Assembly: GCF_030028105.1 (NCBI RefSeq)
Contig: NC_092376.1
Span: 76,618,935-76,682,934, forward strand
Direction: 5' to 3'
DNA length: 64,000 bases
Source: Mobula birostris
Taxonomy: Eukaryota
The stretch's first letter is position 1; each line of letters starts with the position of its first letter. The notes under the pieces are model-generated. The model was not told the origin of the DNA. It saw only the letters and a list, made by a program, of their open reading frames with translations, and did no database searches. A program made the position numbers and the translations under genes. Shown piece after piece: positions 39,618 to 52,362 of the stretch.

Positions 39618-40799
39618 CAGGGGTCCCCAATCTTTTTTGCGGTGTGGACCGGTTTCATATTGACAATATTCTTGCGGACCGGGGTGTGGGGGGGGGGGGG
39701 ATGGTTGCCAATGGACAAGAGTACAGTAGCAGTCAAATACGTTGTGTTTACCCTGAAAAGACTACGATGACCATGAAGCCTTGCGCGGGCACCAGTGCGC
39801 ATGCGTGACTTGTGTATGCATGCACCTGCCGTTTTTTGCTACAAATCGTTTTTGGCGATTCTGTTCGGGAGGGGGGGTCGCTGTTAATCATGACCGGAAT
39901 ATCGGTGGTAAGTGGCTAATACACTCAATTTTGTTTCTAAAAGGGTTTATCTAACGAATTTAATATTAAACACAGCGCATATTTTCCTCGCATGAATATA
40001 GCGATAAGTCAATTATCAGGGGAGGACAGGGGGGCTTGAAATAAGTGTTGAACGAACTCCCAGTAGAAGTGGCAGAAGCAGGTTCGATATTATCATTTAA
40101 AGTTAAATTGGATAGGTATATAGACAAGAAAGGAATGGGGGGTTATGGGGTGAGTGCAGGTCGGTGGGACTTGGTGAGAGTAATGTTCGGCATGGACTAG
40201 GAGGGCAGAGATGGCCTGTTTCCATGCTGTAATTGTTATATGGTTAAATAAGTAAGTCAATAACATCATAACATTTTAAGTAACGTTTGGATATTAAACA
40301 CACAGCGCATATTTTCCCCGTATGAACATATAAAATCATTGCAACGCACCAATATCACTGAATCAGTGGGAGCCCTGGGCTTCTTTTCCTGCAACAAGAC
40401 GGTCCCATCGAGGGGTGACGGGAGACAGGGATACTCGAAGGGGGTTCCTTATGTCCAGTCTATTCCGCAATTTAGTTTTTGTTACATTCATTGCAGAGAT
40501 ACGTTGGAAATGGAAGCAACGTTTTCAGTGCTTCCGTGGCTATCTCAGGATATTCGCCCTTGACTTTGATCCAGAATGCCGGCAGAGATGTTAATTTTCA
40601 GCTGGCCGTCATTTGCAAACTCGAGGAGTTGATCTCCTTCCCGCACTGACATGGATGATGCGTGTGTAATGACCTCGCGTGCGTTCAAGCTCCACACTGG
40701 GTGTGACAGGAAATGAGGAAAGGTGCAGCTGACTCGCCAAATCATATCGTTTCCTCGTGGCCCGGTACTGGTCCACGGCCCGGTGGTTGGGGACCGCTG
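39618..40799 (-). mobile_element. hAT-Charlie non-autonomous DNA transposon (Charlie3/MER1-like)
   Basis: TIRs CAGGGGTCCCCAA / TTGGGGACCGCTG and an 8-bp TSD GATTAGGA (39610-39617, 40800-40807). Minus-strand transposase C-terminus FWIKVKGEYPEIATEALKTLLPFPTYLC...KTKLRNRLDI...AQGSH*. Confidence 0.92.
40040..40247 (+). mobile_element. CR1 3' fragment nested in the Charlie element
   Basis: NELPVEVAEAGSILSFKVKLDRYI-like remnant followed by the CR1 3' UTR ggcctgtttccatgctgta. Confidence 0.75.
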
Positions 40800-41073
40800 G
40801 ATTAGGAAGCATGGATTTAAATGGAGAGTGTTAGTATTAGTGTTATTGATTAGGAAACATGGATTTAAATGGAGAATGTTAGTGTTAGTTAGTGTTATTA
40901 ATTAGGAAGCATGGATTTAAATTGGGAGTGTGGAGGATTAAAGGGAAGATTAGCTTATTTTCCACCAAAGACCAGAATTCTAGAATGCTCTGCCCAGAAA
41001 AACCTGCAGGAGTAGAAACTAATCTTTCCTTTTAGGAAGGAGCTTCGATAGGCACTGTTATTAATTAATTTAT

Positions 41074-41263
41074 GGTGGTGTAGTGGCGTCAGCACTGGTC
41101 TTCAAGGCAGATGGTCCTGAGTTCAATCCCAGCCGGTTCCCAATCTGGGCAGCAGGTATCTGCGCGGAAGAAAGGCCTAGCAATCTACTTCCGTATCTTG
41201 CCATGAAAACCCAATGGTCCATAAGGTCACGAAGAGTCAGACTCAACTAAACGACTGAACAAC
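41074..41263 (+). mobile_element. tRNA-derived SINE with an RTE/BovB-type 3' end
   Basis: A box TGGTGTAGTGG and B box GAGTTCAATCC. The tail gtccataaggtcacgaagagtcagactcaactaaacgactgaacaac resembles the recalled BovB/Bov-A 3' end. Confidence 0.75.
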
Positions 41264-41269
41264 TAAATT

Positions 41270-41540
41270 TAGAGATACAATGTGAAATAGGCCCTTCAGG
41301 CCCTTTGAGCTGCATCGCACAGCAACCCCCATGACCCTCATTTATCCCTAACCTAATCATGGGATAATTTGCAATAACTAGTTAACCTACCGGGTACTAC
41401 TGTGGACTGGAGGACCTGGAGAATACCCACCCATTCCAAACGGGAGGATGTACAGAAACTCCTTAGAAAAGACACCGGATTGAACTCCAAACACCAACCA
41501 TAATGGTGTGGAGCTAACCCCTCTGTTACTGTGGTGCCTG
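41270..41540 (-). mobile_element. V-SINE (HE1-like)
   Basis: ttaacctaccgggtact...gaggacctggagaatacccac...gggaggatgtacagaaactcctta. Confidence 0.65.
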
Positions 41541-43269
41541 TATCCTACATGATTTGGGGCTTAAAGTTGGGAAATAGGATTTTTCATAGATGCTGTAACT
41601 GGTTGATGGATTCGCCTCCTGTAATTCAAATGTCAATAGTTGTAAACTTTTGTTGTCCATGCTTTAGCAACCTGTAAATCAGGAAAGCTTGTTTTTGTTT
41701 TGATTGTTTGCTGTACCTGATTATGACAAAGTAGTGTTTTGCTCTTCTAAGGAAAATCACCAGTGCATTCTTCACACAGCAGTAATGCAGGTCTGCTCCA
41801 GCTTATGTATAGGCCATCAAACGAGCATTTGGGAATCGGCAGTAGCTGCAGTAATGTGGGGAGGACCTGTACTAAAAATGGCTGGAAATAAAAAACTTGA
41901 GAAGAATCTCTGTGGTGATGATAAAGTAGATTGACCTTCAATGGGAAGTTTTACCAATGTGCGTTTCAATAATGCTATAAAAACAAATATTTGAAAGACC
42001 TTTGCATAATTGTATTATGTTGACAAAAATGTACCTGTAGTTAACAATAGATTAATCTGTTCACTGGAGTGAGACCTTTACATCCTTGATGCTGTGCTAG
42101 TTGGAGGAAAAGAAATGATGTCCAATCTAATGCCATGCAACACCAGTCTCATCCAGGATTATTTTAAATCTGGGGGCTGCTGCCTCTGCATTCTTTTTAG
42201 GCAGACTTCCAGACCTTGGGAAACCTCTGGGCAAAATCTTTTCCTCACCTCCATTCCAATTGCTTTAGCAATTATTTTAAGTCCATTTCCCTAGTTATAA
42301 CCTTGGACCTGCAAGTTCTGATATTCCTGTGTTTTCTGTGAAGGTCCTTCATAAGTTTAATCATTGATAGGAAAGAATAATGTCCTTCAAGTTGGACATT
42401 TTGTTAATGAAATTTGCAACTCTGATTTACTGGAGCTTACTGTAAATATTCTATACAGTCAGATTTGGGAACAGCTTCTTTCCAACTGTGATGAGACTGC
42501 TGAACGGATCCTAACCGGGATCTGGGCCGTACCCTCCAAATATCTGGACCTGCCTCTCAGTTTTTTTGCACTACCTTACTTTCCATTTTTCTATTTTCTA
42601 TTTACGATTAATAATTTGAATTTTTAATATTTACTAATTTTTACTATGTTAATATTTTAATATTTAATATTTGTAATCCAGGGAGCGGGAAGTGCAGAAT
42701 CAGATAGCGCTGTGATGATTGTACATTCTAGTATCAATTGTTTGGCGACTATAAAGTATACCTCAGTTGAGTTGCTCACATAGTTATCCAGCCCCATTTG
42801 ATTTTCTGTTCGTGGGACTCGTACTGCATTCTCACAGCTCAGAGTTTAAATAATGAGCTGAAAACTTTTTTTCCTGGAGGATTGTTTTTGCAAGTGAAGG
42901 TGCATTGTTTCAGGGAATAACAATGACATTAATTTCACTTCGGTTTACCAGAACATCACTCGTGCTCCTACTGATTATTTTTTCAACTCAGCTTTCTGTA
43001 CGCATTGTTTAATTCCTTGAAATAAGTTTCATTATTTGCTTTGCTTCTTGCACTTTTCAGCTCTGCTTCAACCTTTTCCCTTTGAAACAGTTCTTTCAGA
43101 TGGCTTACATTTTCATCTTTTATAGCTGACTCAGGCACACAGTTCTAATTACATTTTCACTTCAGAAAGATGGGCTTACAAACTTGTTTATAGAAAGGAA
43201 TAACTCAGCCAAGCTCCTCCTTATCTAGTGCATTTGAATGAAATTTTGCATGAGTGGAGGTTCAGTATC

Positions 43270-44235
43270 CATAAGACATAGGAGCAGAATTAGGCCATTC
43301 AGCCCATCGAGTCTGCTCTGCCATTCCATCATGGCTGATCCCGGATCCCACTCAACCCCATACACCTGCCTTCTCGCCATATCCTTTGATGCCCTGACCA
43401 ATCAGGAATCTATTAACTTCCACCTTAAGTATACCCATGGACTTGGCCTCGACCACAGTCTGTCCACAGATTTACTACTGTCTGACTAAAAGAATTCCTC
43501 CTTACGTCTGTTTTAAAGGGTTGCCCCTCAATTTTGAGGCTGTGCCTTCTAGTTCTGGTTACCTCCACCACAGGAAATATCCTTCCACATACGCTCTATC
43601 TAGTCCTTTCAATTTTCAGTAGGTTTCAGTGAGATCTTCCCCACATTCTTCTCAATTCCAGTGAGTCAGGCCTCAAGTTGCCAAATGCTCCTCATGTTAA
43701 CCCCTTCATTCCCAGAATCATCCTCGTGAACCTCCTGTAGACTCTCTCCAATGACAACACATCCTTTCTGAAGTACGGGGCCCAAAACTTTTGACAATAC
43801 AGTAAGTGCATCCTGACTACTGTCTTAGAAAGCATCAGCATTATCTCCTTGCTTTTTAGATATCTCCTATTTAGATAATAGTCCGCACTGTTGATCCTTT
43901 TACCGAAATGCATTTTCGTACATTTCCTAGCACTATTCCATTGCCATACTTTTGCCCATTCTTCCAATCTGTCTAAGTTCTGCTGCAATTGCATTGCTTC
44001 CTCAATACTACCTACCCCTCCACCTATCTTTGTATCATTTGCAAACTTTGCCGCAAAGTCATAAATTCCATAATCTAGATCACTGACAAACAATATGAAA
44101 AGCAGTGGTCCCAATACTGACCCTTGAGGAACACCACTAGTCACCGGCAGCCTACCAGAAAAGGCCCCTTCTATTCCCACTCAATACCTCCTGCCTGTCA
44201 GCCATTCCTTTATGCATGCCGGTATCTTTCCTGTA
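43270..44235 (-). mobile_element. CR1 3' fragment with RT remnant
   Basis: VTSGVPQGSVLGPLLF...KFANDTK...RRFTRMI; tail cataagacatagg. Confidence 0.9.
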
Positions 44236-44879
44236 ACGCCACTTAAACATAGTTCTCACCGTCCAGGTGCTCTTGCGCATGCACCTTGGGTACCATAGGT
44301 GCTTTATATTTATGGAATCTAACTGCCATCTGAGCAAGTCGCCTTCAAGACGGTGAAAATTCTTTATCCTGCGATTATACTTTGTATTTATTGATTCTAG
44401 ATGGTTGCTCCAGTACAATTTCCATTATGTACACGTGGTGGAGTGAATTAAAAAAAAATTTTCTCCACTATGAAAGCCATTGATTAACATCAGATGCAGC
44501 TTTATGAAACTCTCAAATGATATTGTGGATTTTGTACCAGAAGCAAACTGAATCACTGCATCCTTTCATTGAATCTGTTTTATTTTCTGTGTAGATTCCA
44601 CAAATATTTGGGAATAATATTTCTTTGTTAGATTTGTGGTTTACAGGGAAATAATCCTAATAACATCCCTTGTTCCATATCTTTTATTGTTCAGAGTCAG
44701 ATGACTTTTTTTTTAAAAACAAAACGTTTATTTGGGCAGGAAAATCCTTTGTAATTAATCTTTGAAAGTTCTCCTTAGTCATCTGAGAAACTCGTATAAT
44801 TGGTCCTTTAAATCCACTTGCGTTAACTGGACCAGTTGATTTCACTGTGGAATAAAAATGCACTTCTCTTAAAAATCTG

Positions 44880-45410
44880 ATCGACTTCTCGTGTCTGATT
44901 GAAATTCCCATTCTTGTTCCGACATGTTGGTCCACGGCATGCTCCTTTGCCAAGATGAGGCCACACTCAGGGTGGAGGAACAACATCTTGTATTCCATCT
45001 GGGTAGCCTGCAACCTGATGGCATGAATATCGATTTCTCCTCCCAGTAAAAAAAAATCTCCCCCCCTCCCATTCTCTACTCTAACATTTTACCCCTCTCA
45101 CCTGCCTATCACCTCTCCCCGGGTCCCCTCCTCCTTCCCATTCTCCTATGGTCCACTCTCCTTTGGCATTCCTTCCTCTTCTCTCCTTTACCTTTCCTAC
45201 CCACCTGGTGTCACCCATCACCTTCCAGCTAGCCTCCTTCCCCTCCTCCCACCCCACCTTTTTCATTCTGCTGTCTTCCCCCCTTGCTTTCCGGTCCTGA
45301 AGAAGGTTCTTGGCCGGAAATGTTGACTGTTTATTCATTTCCATACATGTTGCCTGACCTGAAGAGTTCCTCCAGCATTGTGTGTGTGTGTGTGTGTGTT
45401 TGTGTCTGAT
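44880..45410 (+). mobile_element. PLE 3' end/pLTR with a hammerhead-like motif (45292-45329)
   Basis: HGMLLCQDEATLRVEEQHLVFHLGSLQPDGMNIDFS, then CGGTC-CTGAAGA-A-GGTTCTTGGCCG-GAAATGTT-GACTG. Confidence 0.85.
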
Positions 45411-46299
45411 GTCTCTTTTCACTTTTGATGCAGTTACCTTTCATAATGTATAAGGGCCTGATAAATTCTTTGTGCAGTAATTCCTAAAAGTAATATTAAA
45501 CATTTTAAGGTTACTAATATAGAGCAATTCTGCCTTTGGGTATCCTAGCTTCCATTAGGAAATCTGACTCCTGATTTTTTTTTTGAGTGGGATATTTGTG
45601 TACTTTAGCACTTTTTTTTCCCCTTTGCATTCTAGCCTCCTCTCCTTCCCAGTAAACAAAGTGTGGCATGGTTTCAAACCTCACTGGTCTGGAGTAATCC
45701 AGCTATACATATAGCTTCGAAAATATGTGCTGCAAATTTGTTGAATAATCGATTTCACATGCATCTAGGTATCTTCTCTCTTTTGGACTATATTTGTGAT
45801 ATAAAATAGGAATTTTTTTTGCATTTTTGCCCAATTTGATTTCCATTGTCCCTCTCTCTAAAATCTAGTGCTCACTTTCTAAACTGTTGCTTGACAACCA
45901 GTTTGAGCAATGTTGGTAACCTGCAAGCCCATGTAGTTATTATAAGCATTGAGAGCTGTTCTTTTCCAATTCACTCTGCAAGTATTTGTGCCTTAAGAAA
46001 GTGGATGATTCAGAGGGTCCCTGCCAATTTCCAGATCCCCCTTCCCCCTCCTAAATTAAACACTTGATCCAAGACAACAGGTGGATCTCCTTTCTGCCCT
46101 GTCCTGAGCAATCGTGTTCCTTCTGTACTGAGATGACCCACGCTGTACGCACCATATTCCAGATGTATACTCACCAAGCTGTGACTCCTCTACTCTTTTA
46201 TTCGCCGCCCTGACTAATGAAAGCTAACATCCTGTATGGAGCCTTAACTGCCCTATCTAACTGTGATGCTGCCGTTGGTGATATAGTAAGCTTGTTTTA

Positions 46300-48457
46300 C
46301 ATAGAAACATAGAAAATAGGTGCAGGAGTTGGCCATTTGGCCCTTTGAGCCTGCACCGCCATTTATTATGATCATGGCTGATCATCCAACTCAGAACCCC
46401 GCCCCAGCCTTCCCTCCATACCCCCTGACCCCCGTAGCCACAAGGGCCATATCTAACTCCCTCTTAAATATAGCCAATGAACTGGCCTCAACTGTTTCCT
46501 GTGGCAGAGAATTCCACAGATTCACCACTCTCTGTGTGAAGAATTTTTTCCTAATCTCGGTCCTAAAAGGCTTCCCCTCTATCCTCAAACTGTGGCCCCT
46601 CGTTCTGGACTTCCCCAACATCGGGAACAATCTTCCTGCATCTAGCCTGTCCAATCCCTTTAGGATTTTATACGTTTCAATCAGATCCCCCCTCAATCTT
46701 CTAAATTCCAACGAGTACAAGCCCAGTTCATCCAGTCTTTCTTCATATGAAAGTCCTGCCATCCCAGGAATCAATCTGGTGAACCTTCTTTGTACTCCCT
46801 CTATGGCAAGGATGTCTTTCCTCAGAATAGGGGACCAAAACTGCACACAATACTCCAGGTGTGGTCTCACCAAGGCCTTGTACAACTGCAATAGTACCTC
46901 CCTGCTCCTGTACTTGAATCCTCTCGCTATAAATGCCAGCATACCATTCGCCTTTTTCACCGCCTGCTGTACCTGCATGCCCACTTTCAATGACTGGTGT
47001 ATAATGACACCCAGGTCTCGTTGCACCTCCCCTTTTCCTAATCGGCCACCATTCAGATAATCTGTTCTCCTATGTTTGCCACCAAAGTGGATAATTTCAC
47101 ATTTATCCACATTAAATTGCATCTGCCATGAATTTGCCCACTCACCCAACCTATCCAAGTCACCCTGCATCCTCTTAGCATCCTCCTCACAGCTAACACT
47201 GCCACCCAACTTCGTGTCATCCGCAGACTTGGAGATGCTGCATTTAATTCCCTCATCCAAGTCATTAATATATATTGTAAACAACTGGGGTCCCAGCACT
47301 GAGCCTTGCGGTACCCCACTAGTCACCGCCTGCCATTCTGAAAAGGTCCCGTTTATTCCCACTCTTTGCTTCCTGTCTGCTAACCAATTCTCCACCCACA
47401 CCAATACCTTACCCCCAATACCGTGTGCTTTAAGTTTGCACACTAATCTCCTGTGTGGGACCTTGTCAAAAGCCTTTTGAAAATCCAAATATACCACATC
47501 CACTGGTTCACCCCTATCCACTCTACTAGTTACATCCTCAAAAAATTCTATGAGATTCGTCAGACATGATTTTCCTTTCACAAATCCATGCTGACTTTGT
47601 CCGATGATTTCACCACTTTCCAAAGTGCTGTTATCACATCTTTGATAACTGACTCCAGCAGTTTCCCCACCACCGACGTTAGGCTAACCGGTCTATAATT
47701 CCCCGGTTTCTCTCTCCCTCCTTTTTTAAAAAGTGGTGTTACATTAGCCACCCTCCAATCCTCAGGAACTAGTCCAGAATCTAACGAGTTTTGAAAAATT
47801 ATCACTAATGCATCCACTATTTCTTGGGCTACTTCCTTAAGCACTCTAGGATGCAGACCATCTGGCCCAGGGGATTTATCTGCCTTCAATCCCTTCAATT
47901 TACCTAACACCACTTCCCTACTAACATGTATTTTGCTCAGTTCCTCCATCTCACTGGGCCCTCTGTCCCCTACTATTTCTGGAAGATTATTTATGTCCTC
48001 CTTAGTGAAGACAGAACCAAAGTAATTATTCAATTGGTCTGCCATGTCCTTGCTCCCCATAATCAATTCACCTGTTTCTGTCTGCAGGGGACCTACATTT
48101 GTCTTTACCAGTCTTTTCCTTTTTACATAGCTATAAAAGCTTTTACAGTCTGTTTTTATGTTCCCTGCCAGTTTTCTCTCATAATCTTTTTTCTCCTTCC
48201 TAATTAAGCCCTTTGTCCTCCTCTGCTGAACTCTGAATTTCTCCCAGTCCTCAGGTGAGCCACTTTCTCTGGCTAATTTGTATACTTCTTCTTTGGAATT
48301 GATACTATCCCTAATTTCTCTTGTCAGCCACGGGTGCACTACCTTCCTTGATTTATTCTTTTGCCGAACTGGGATGAACAATTGTTGTAGTTCATCCATG
48401 CAACCTTTAAATGCTCGCCATTGCATATCCACCGTCAATCCTTTAAGTGTCATTTGT
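46300..48457 (-). mobile_element. Young 5'-truncated CR1 (2.1 kb of ORF2, one frameshift near 47620)
   Basis: ORFs 47578..48453 and 46391..47623 with a complete RT (the FADD motif reads SADD) and a catagaaacatagaaa tail. Inserted in an older CR1 remnant (46085-46290, 48480-48600). Confidence 0.93.
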
Positions 48458-50206
48458 CATTTTTGTCCCTCAGTGCCCTCTGGGGGCCTACCATTCCATG
48501 TTTTCCTCCCAAAATGCACTATCAGGATTAAATTATCTCTGCCACTGCTCTATCTGACTTACCAGCTGATTGTTATCCTGAGACTACTCTTCCCCACTAT
48601 TCACACTCCCACCACATTTTATTTCAGGTAAAGAGATCGCCACATGTGGTAGAGGTAGGGATTTCCACCCAGTGGTAGAAGGAGGGTGACAGGTTTGCAA
48701 GCCAGGATGATGTGGAACTTGGACGGCATTATACAAGAGATTGTGCTGTCCCATGACTGCTGCCCGTTATCCCTGCGGGTAATGAGAAGTTAAAATTGGG
48801 ATGTAGTGCACGATTCCTATAATAGTCTTTAGATGCTGAAGACACTGTGCCTGAGGTGAAGGAACTAAATGTTGATGAGTCCTATCTGGGTTACTTTGTC
48901 CTGGCACCCTACTCCATCACATTCTTGACCTGTGTCCTATAGAAGGAAGAAAAGTTTTACAGTGTTGGGATTTAGCTTGCTTCCGATGCTGTCCAGCCTG
49001 CTCTTGTAGCCACATTATTCTTTTCTGTTGGCCCAGCTGAATTTCTGGCCAGTTGCAACAGCCAAAGTCCTCCCCTTTCATGTATCCTGATAATGGAGAA
49101 TTTATGCTTCAGGAATATGGAGTGAGAGAGTGGAATAATCTTCCTTGTCTTCTGCTTTGCAGTACAGATTTTACTTTGAAAATAATAAATGTCGATGCTG
49201 AAAGTCTGAAATAAGGTGTAGCGTTGATGGAAAGAGAGCCAGTTGATGACTTGGGTTGAAGATCTTTTACTCAGCGCTTTTCAGCCCAAGACATAAATGT
49301 TATCCAGGATATACTGCTTGCTTTATTGTTTTGAAATTTGCAAGAAGAATTGAACATGTATTTGCCATCAACCATCTTTCTGACCTTTTGAGGGACAGGT
49401 CTTTGAACCATTTGAGGACGAGAAAGGTTCTTTTTGCTCTTTAGCATATTTACAAATTTCTCCATATTGTTTAACAAAGTATTATTGTAACTGCATGGTA
49501 ACAGTCAGGCTTAAGGCATGGTTAGTACAGGAACACCCCTTTATCACTGTCTGTGTGTTGTTTGGTAACAGGCTCCGAATGTATCCACTATTTTATGAGC
49601 TCCCATAATCAAATTGAACTGACTGAAGGCTGACTTCAGTGATTGTGGGGGTGCTGAGATGGGTTATTAAGTTGATGATGTTGTCTACTCTACACCAGAG
49701 TCCCGTGGAGATATTTGTGATTGGATATGATGGACTGAAGGCATTGGACTAAATAGTTGTAGCATTTGTGCCCTTATGCACTGGAAATATCTCCACTTGT
49801 CATGCTGACAACTTTCTAAGAGTGTTACATATTTGGAAACTGGTGTATCTTTGAATTGCTAAACTATGAGGTTTGATAAGAATATGAAAGGAAAGAGATG
49901 GTGGGTCCTGTTTATCTGGTATTTTGTGAATAAAACATTGCAAAACATCTTACTGTTTTACAAGTTTATTCAGAAAAAAGATGGACATCAGTCAATGAGA
50001 TATGAAGGACTGCTTAAAGGCTTAATCAAAAAGTTATTCTTTTTCAAAGATGTAGCAGGAGAAGCGATAACAGAGCAGGGGCATTTAGGATGGGCATTCA
50101 ACAGCACACAGCAAAGATAGTTATAGACACTCTGGAACAAAGCAAAGGATATGCAGTAAATTCTAAAGGTGAGCGAGGAGGGGTATTAGAGTTTTGGGTT
50201 GTTATA

Positions 50207-52362
50207 CAGTGCCTTGAAAATATATTCAGCCCGCACAACTATTTTCAAATCTTGTCTCATTCACTAAATTTAAAATGTATTGAAGTTGGATTTACCAGAA
50301 CATTGTGCATCATGTCAATCAAAAGAAAAATTCTGAAACCTGTCAACAATTTACTAAAAGTTAAATACCAAAATTGAGGCTGGTAAGGTGATCATCCCCT
50401 TTTTAATTATTACGCTAACTTTACTGTATTACCTTATCAACTCGCCCATTTTGTTAATGTAGAAAATTGGAAGATCACTTGAATAAATACACCTCTGTAA
50501 GGTCCAACCGTATAGAGACCACAGCACAGAAACAGGCCTTTTGACCCTTCTTGGCTGTGCCGAACCATTTTCTGCCTAGTCCCACTGACCTGCACACGGA
50601 CCATATCCCTCCATACACCTCCCATCCATGTATCTGTCCAATTGTTAAAAAAATGTTAAAAAAGAACCCGCATTTACCATCTCATCTGGCAGCTCATTCC
50701 ACACTCCCACCACTCTTTGTGTGAAGAAGCCCCCCCCCCAATGTTCCCTTTAAACTTTTCCCCCCTCACCCTTAACCCATGTCCTCTGGTTTTTTTCTCC
50801 CCTTGTCTCAGTGGAAAAAGCCTGCTTGCATTCACTCTTATCTATACCCATCATAATTTTATATACCTCTATCAGATCTCCCCTCATTCTTCTACGCTCC
50901 AGGGAATAAAGTCCTAACCTATTCAACCTTTCTCTGTAACTGAGTTTCTCAAGTCCTGGCAACATCCTTGTAAACCTTCTCTGCACTCTTTCAACCTTAT
51001 TTATATCCTTACTGTAATTTGGTGACCAAAACTGAACACAATACTCCAGATTCGGCCTCACCAATGCCTGGTAGATTTTCAACAGACCAAACCAAAATGA
51101 AGACAAAAGGGCATTCAAGACAAGTCAAAGAAATGATAATAGAGAAGCACAAATCTGGGGAAGGGTACAAGATCCTTTCAAAGGCACTTAACATACCTTA
51201 GAGCTCAGTGCAGTCGGTCGTGAAAAAGTGGAGGAAAAAATATGAACCCATAGTCACACTGCCTAGGTTCAGCTGCTCCTCTAAACTTAGTCACCCGAGA
51301 AGAATGGCAAATGTAAGAGATGCTACTGTGATGCCAGCGGTCACTCTGAATGAGTGGCAGAAGTCAGTAGCTGCAACTGGAGTTGAAGTTCATGACTCCA
51401 TAATCTAAGGCCATGCACAAAAAGGGTACTTATGGAAGAGTGGCAAGGAACAAGCCCTGGCTGGGGAAAAAACATATCCTTCCCCATAAAGATTTTGCAA
51501 AGCATCACTTAGAAGATAACTGTAAAGATATGGAAGGAGGTCTTGTGATCAGATGAGACTAAGTGGAACTTCTTGGCCTAACACTAAGTGGTATGTGTGG
51601 CATAAATTTAAAACTGCATCTGCCAGATAACACCATCCTTGCTGTCAAATATCATGCTGGTAGTGTCATGCTATGCAGATGCTTTTCAGGAGGAGGAACT
51701 GGAAATCTAGTCAGGATTGATGGGAAAATGAATGCTGCTATATACATAGAGATCCTGGATAAAAAGCAGAAACCTTGAACAATGGAGGTAGTTCATCTTT
51801 AGTCGGACAACGAGCCAAAGCACACATGGAGTGGCTTCATATGAAGAAAATTGATGTCCTTGAGTGGCCTAGTTAGAATCCTGGTCTTAACTCGATTGAA
51901 CATCTCTGGCAAGACCTTAATATTGCTCTCCACCACCCCTCCCCAAATAACCTGGCCCAGCTTAAGCTGGAGGACTAGGAAAACCTTGTATCATCATGTT
52001 GTGCAAAACTAATGGAGACTTATCCAAAAAAACTACTGGCTGTAATAGCTGCAAGAGTGGTTCAACTATGCCCTACACTGGCCTCCTAGGCCTGAGTCGA
52101 CATAGTAGTAGTAGTGGTTCAACTAAGCACTGAGCAAAGGGGAATGAATGAATTCTTTTGAACTGGTCACATTCCAGGTTTTGAATTTTTTAATTTTATG
52201 CTTTATAACTCCTGTTTTTGGGGTTGTACTGTGGAGGTGGGGTGGGGAAGGAGAATGTGATTCACAAATAAAAATTCTCAGTTAAATTGATCAAGATCCC
52301 TGGTTGCCATACTCATTTATGTAAACAAAGGGCTGGGGGCTGAATACTTTTACATGGCTCTG
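50207..52362 (+). mobile_element. Tc1-like DNA transposon with a decayed transposase, interrupted by a CR1
   Basis: TA TSDs; TIRs CAGTGCCTTGAAAATATATTCAGCCC / GGGCTGAATACTTTTACATGGCTCTG. Transposase from ~51098 (MKTKGHSRQVKEMIIEKHKSGEGYK) with catalytic remnants SDETK, DNEPKH and LNSIEHLW. Confidence 0.9.
50511..51068 (-). mobile_element. CR1 3' fragment nested in the Tc1 element
   Basis: ALVRPNLEYCVQFWSP...ERVQRRFTRMLPGL...RGDLIEVYKI. Confidence 0.9.

Larger units (their letters stand above)
39517..40921 (+). repeat. Minisatellite of ~4.5 units of 42-52 bp, split by a hAT insertion
   Basis: Unit attaggaagcatggatttaaatggagagtgttagt...gttatt(g/a) occurs at 39517, 39559, 39611/40801, ~40849 and 40901. 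Confidence 0.88.

Noticed and set aside
39517-40921. Spaced direct repeats as a CRISPR-like array
   Set aside because: The units are contiguous with no unique spacers, the context is eukaryotic, and the gap is a hAT insertion with a TSD.
41074-41135. tRNA gene
   Set aside because: A and B boxes are present but there is no complete cloverleaf, and it continues into a LINE-type tail, so it is a SINE head.
46320-48207. Long plus-strand ORFs (246, 134 and 93 aa), and similar minus ORFs within 1069-4697
   Set aside because: Antisense shadows of CR1 ORFs.
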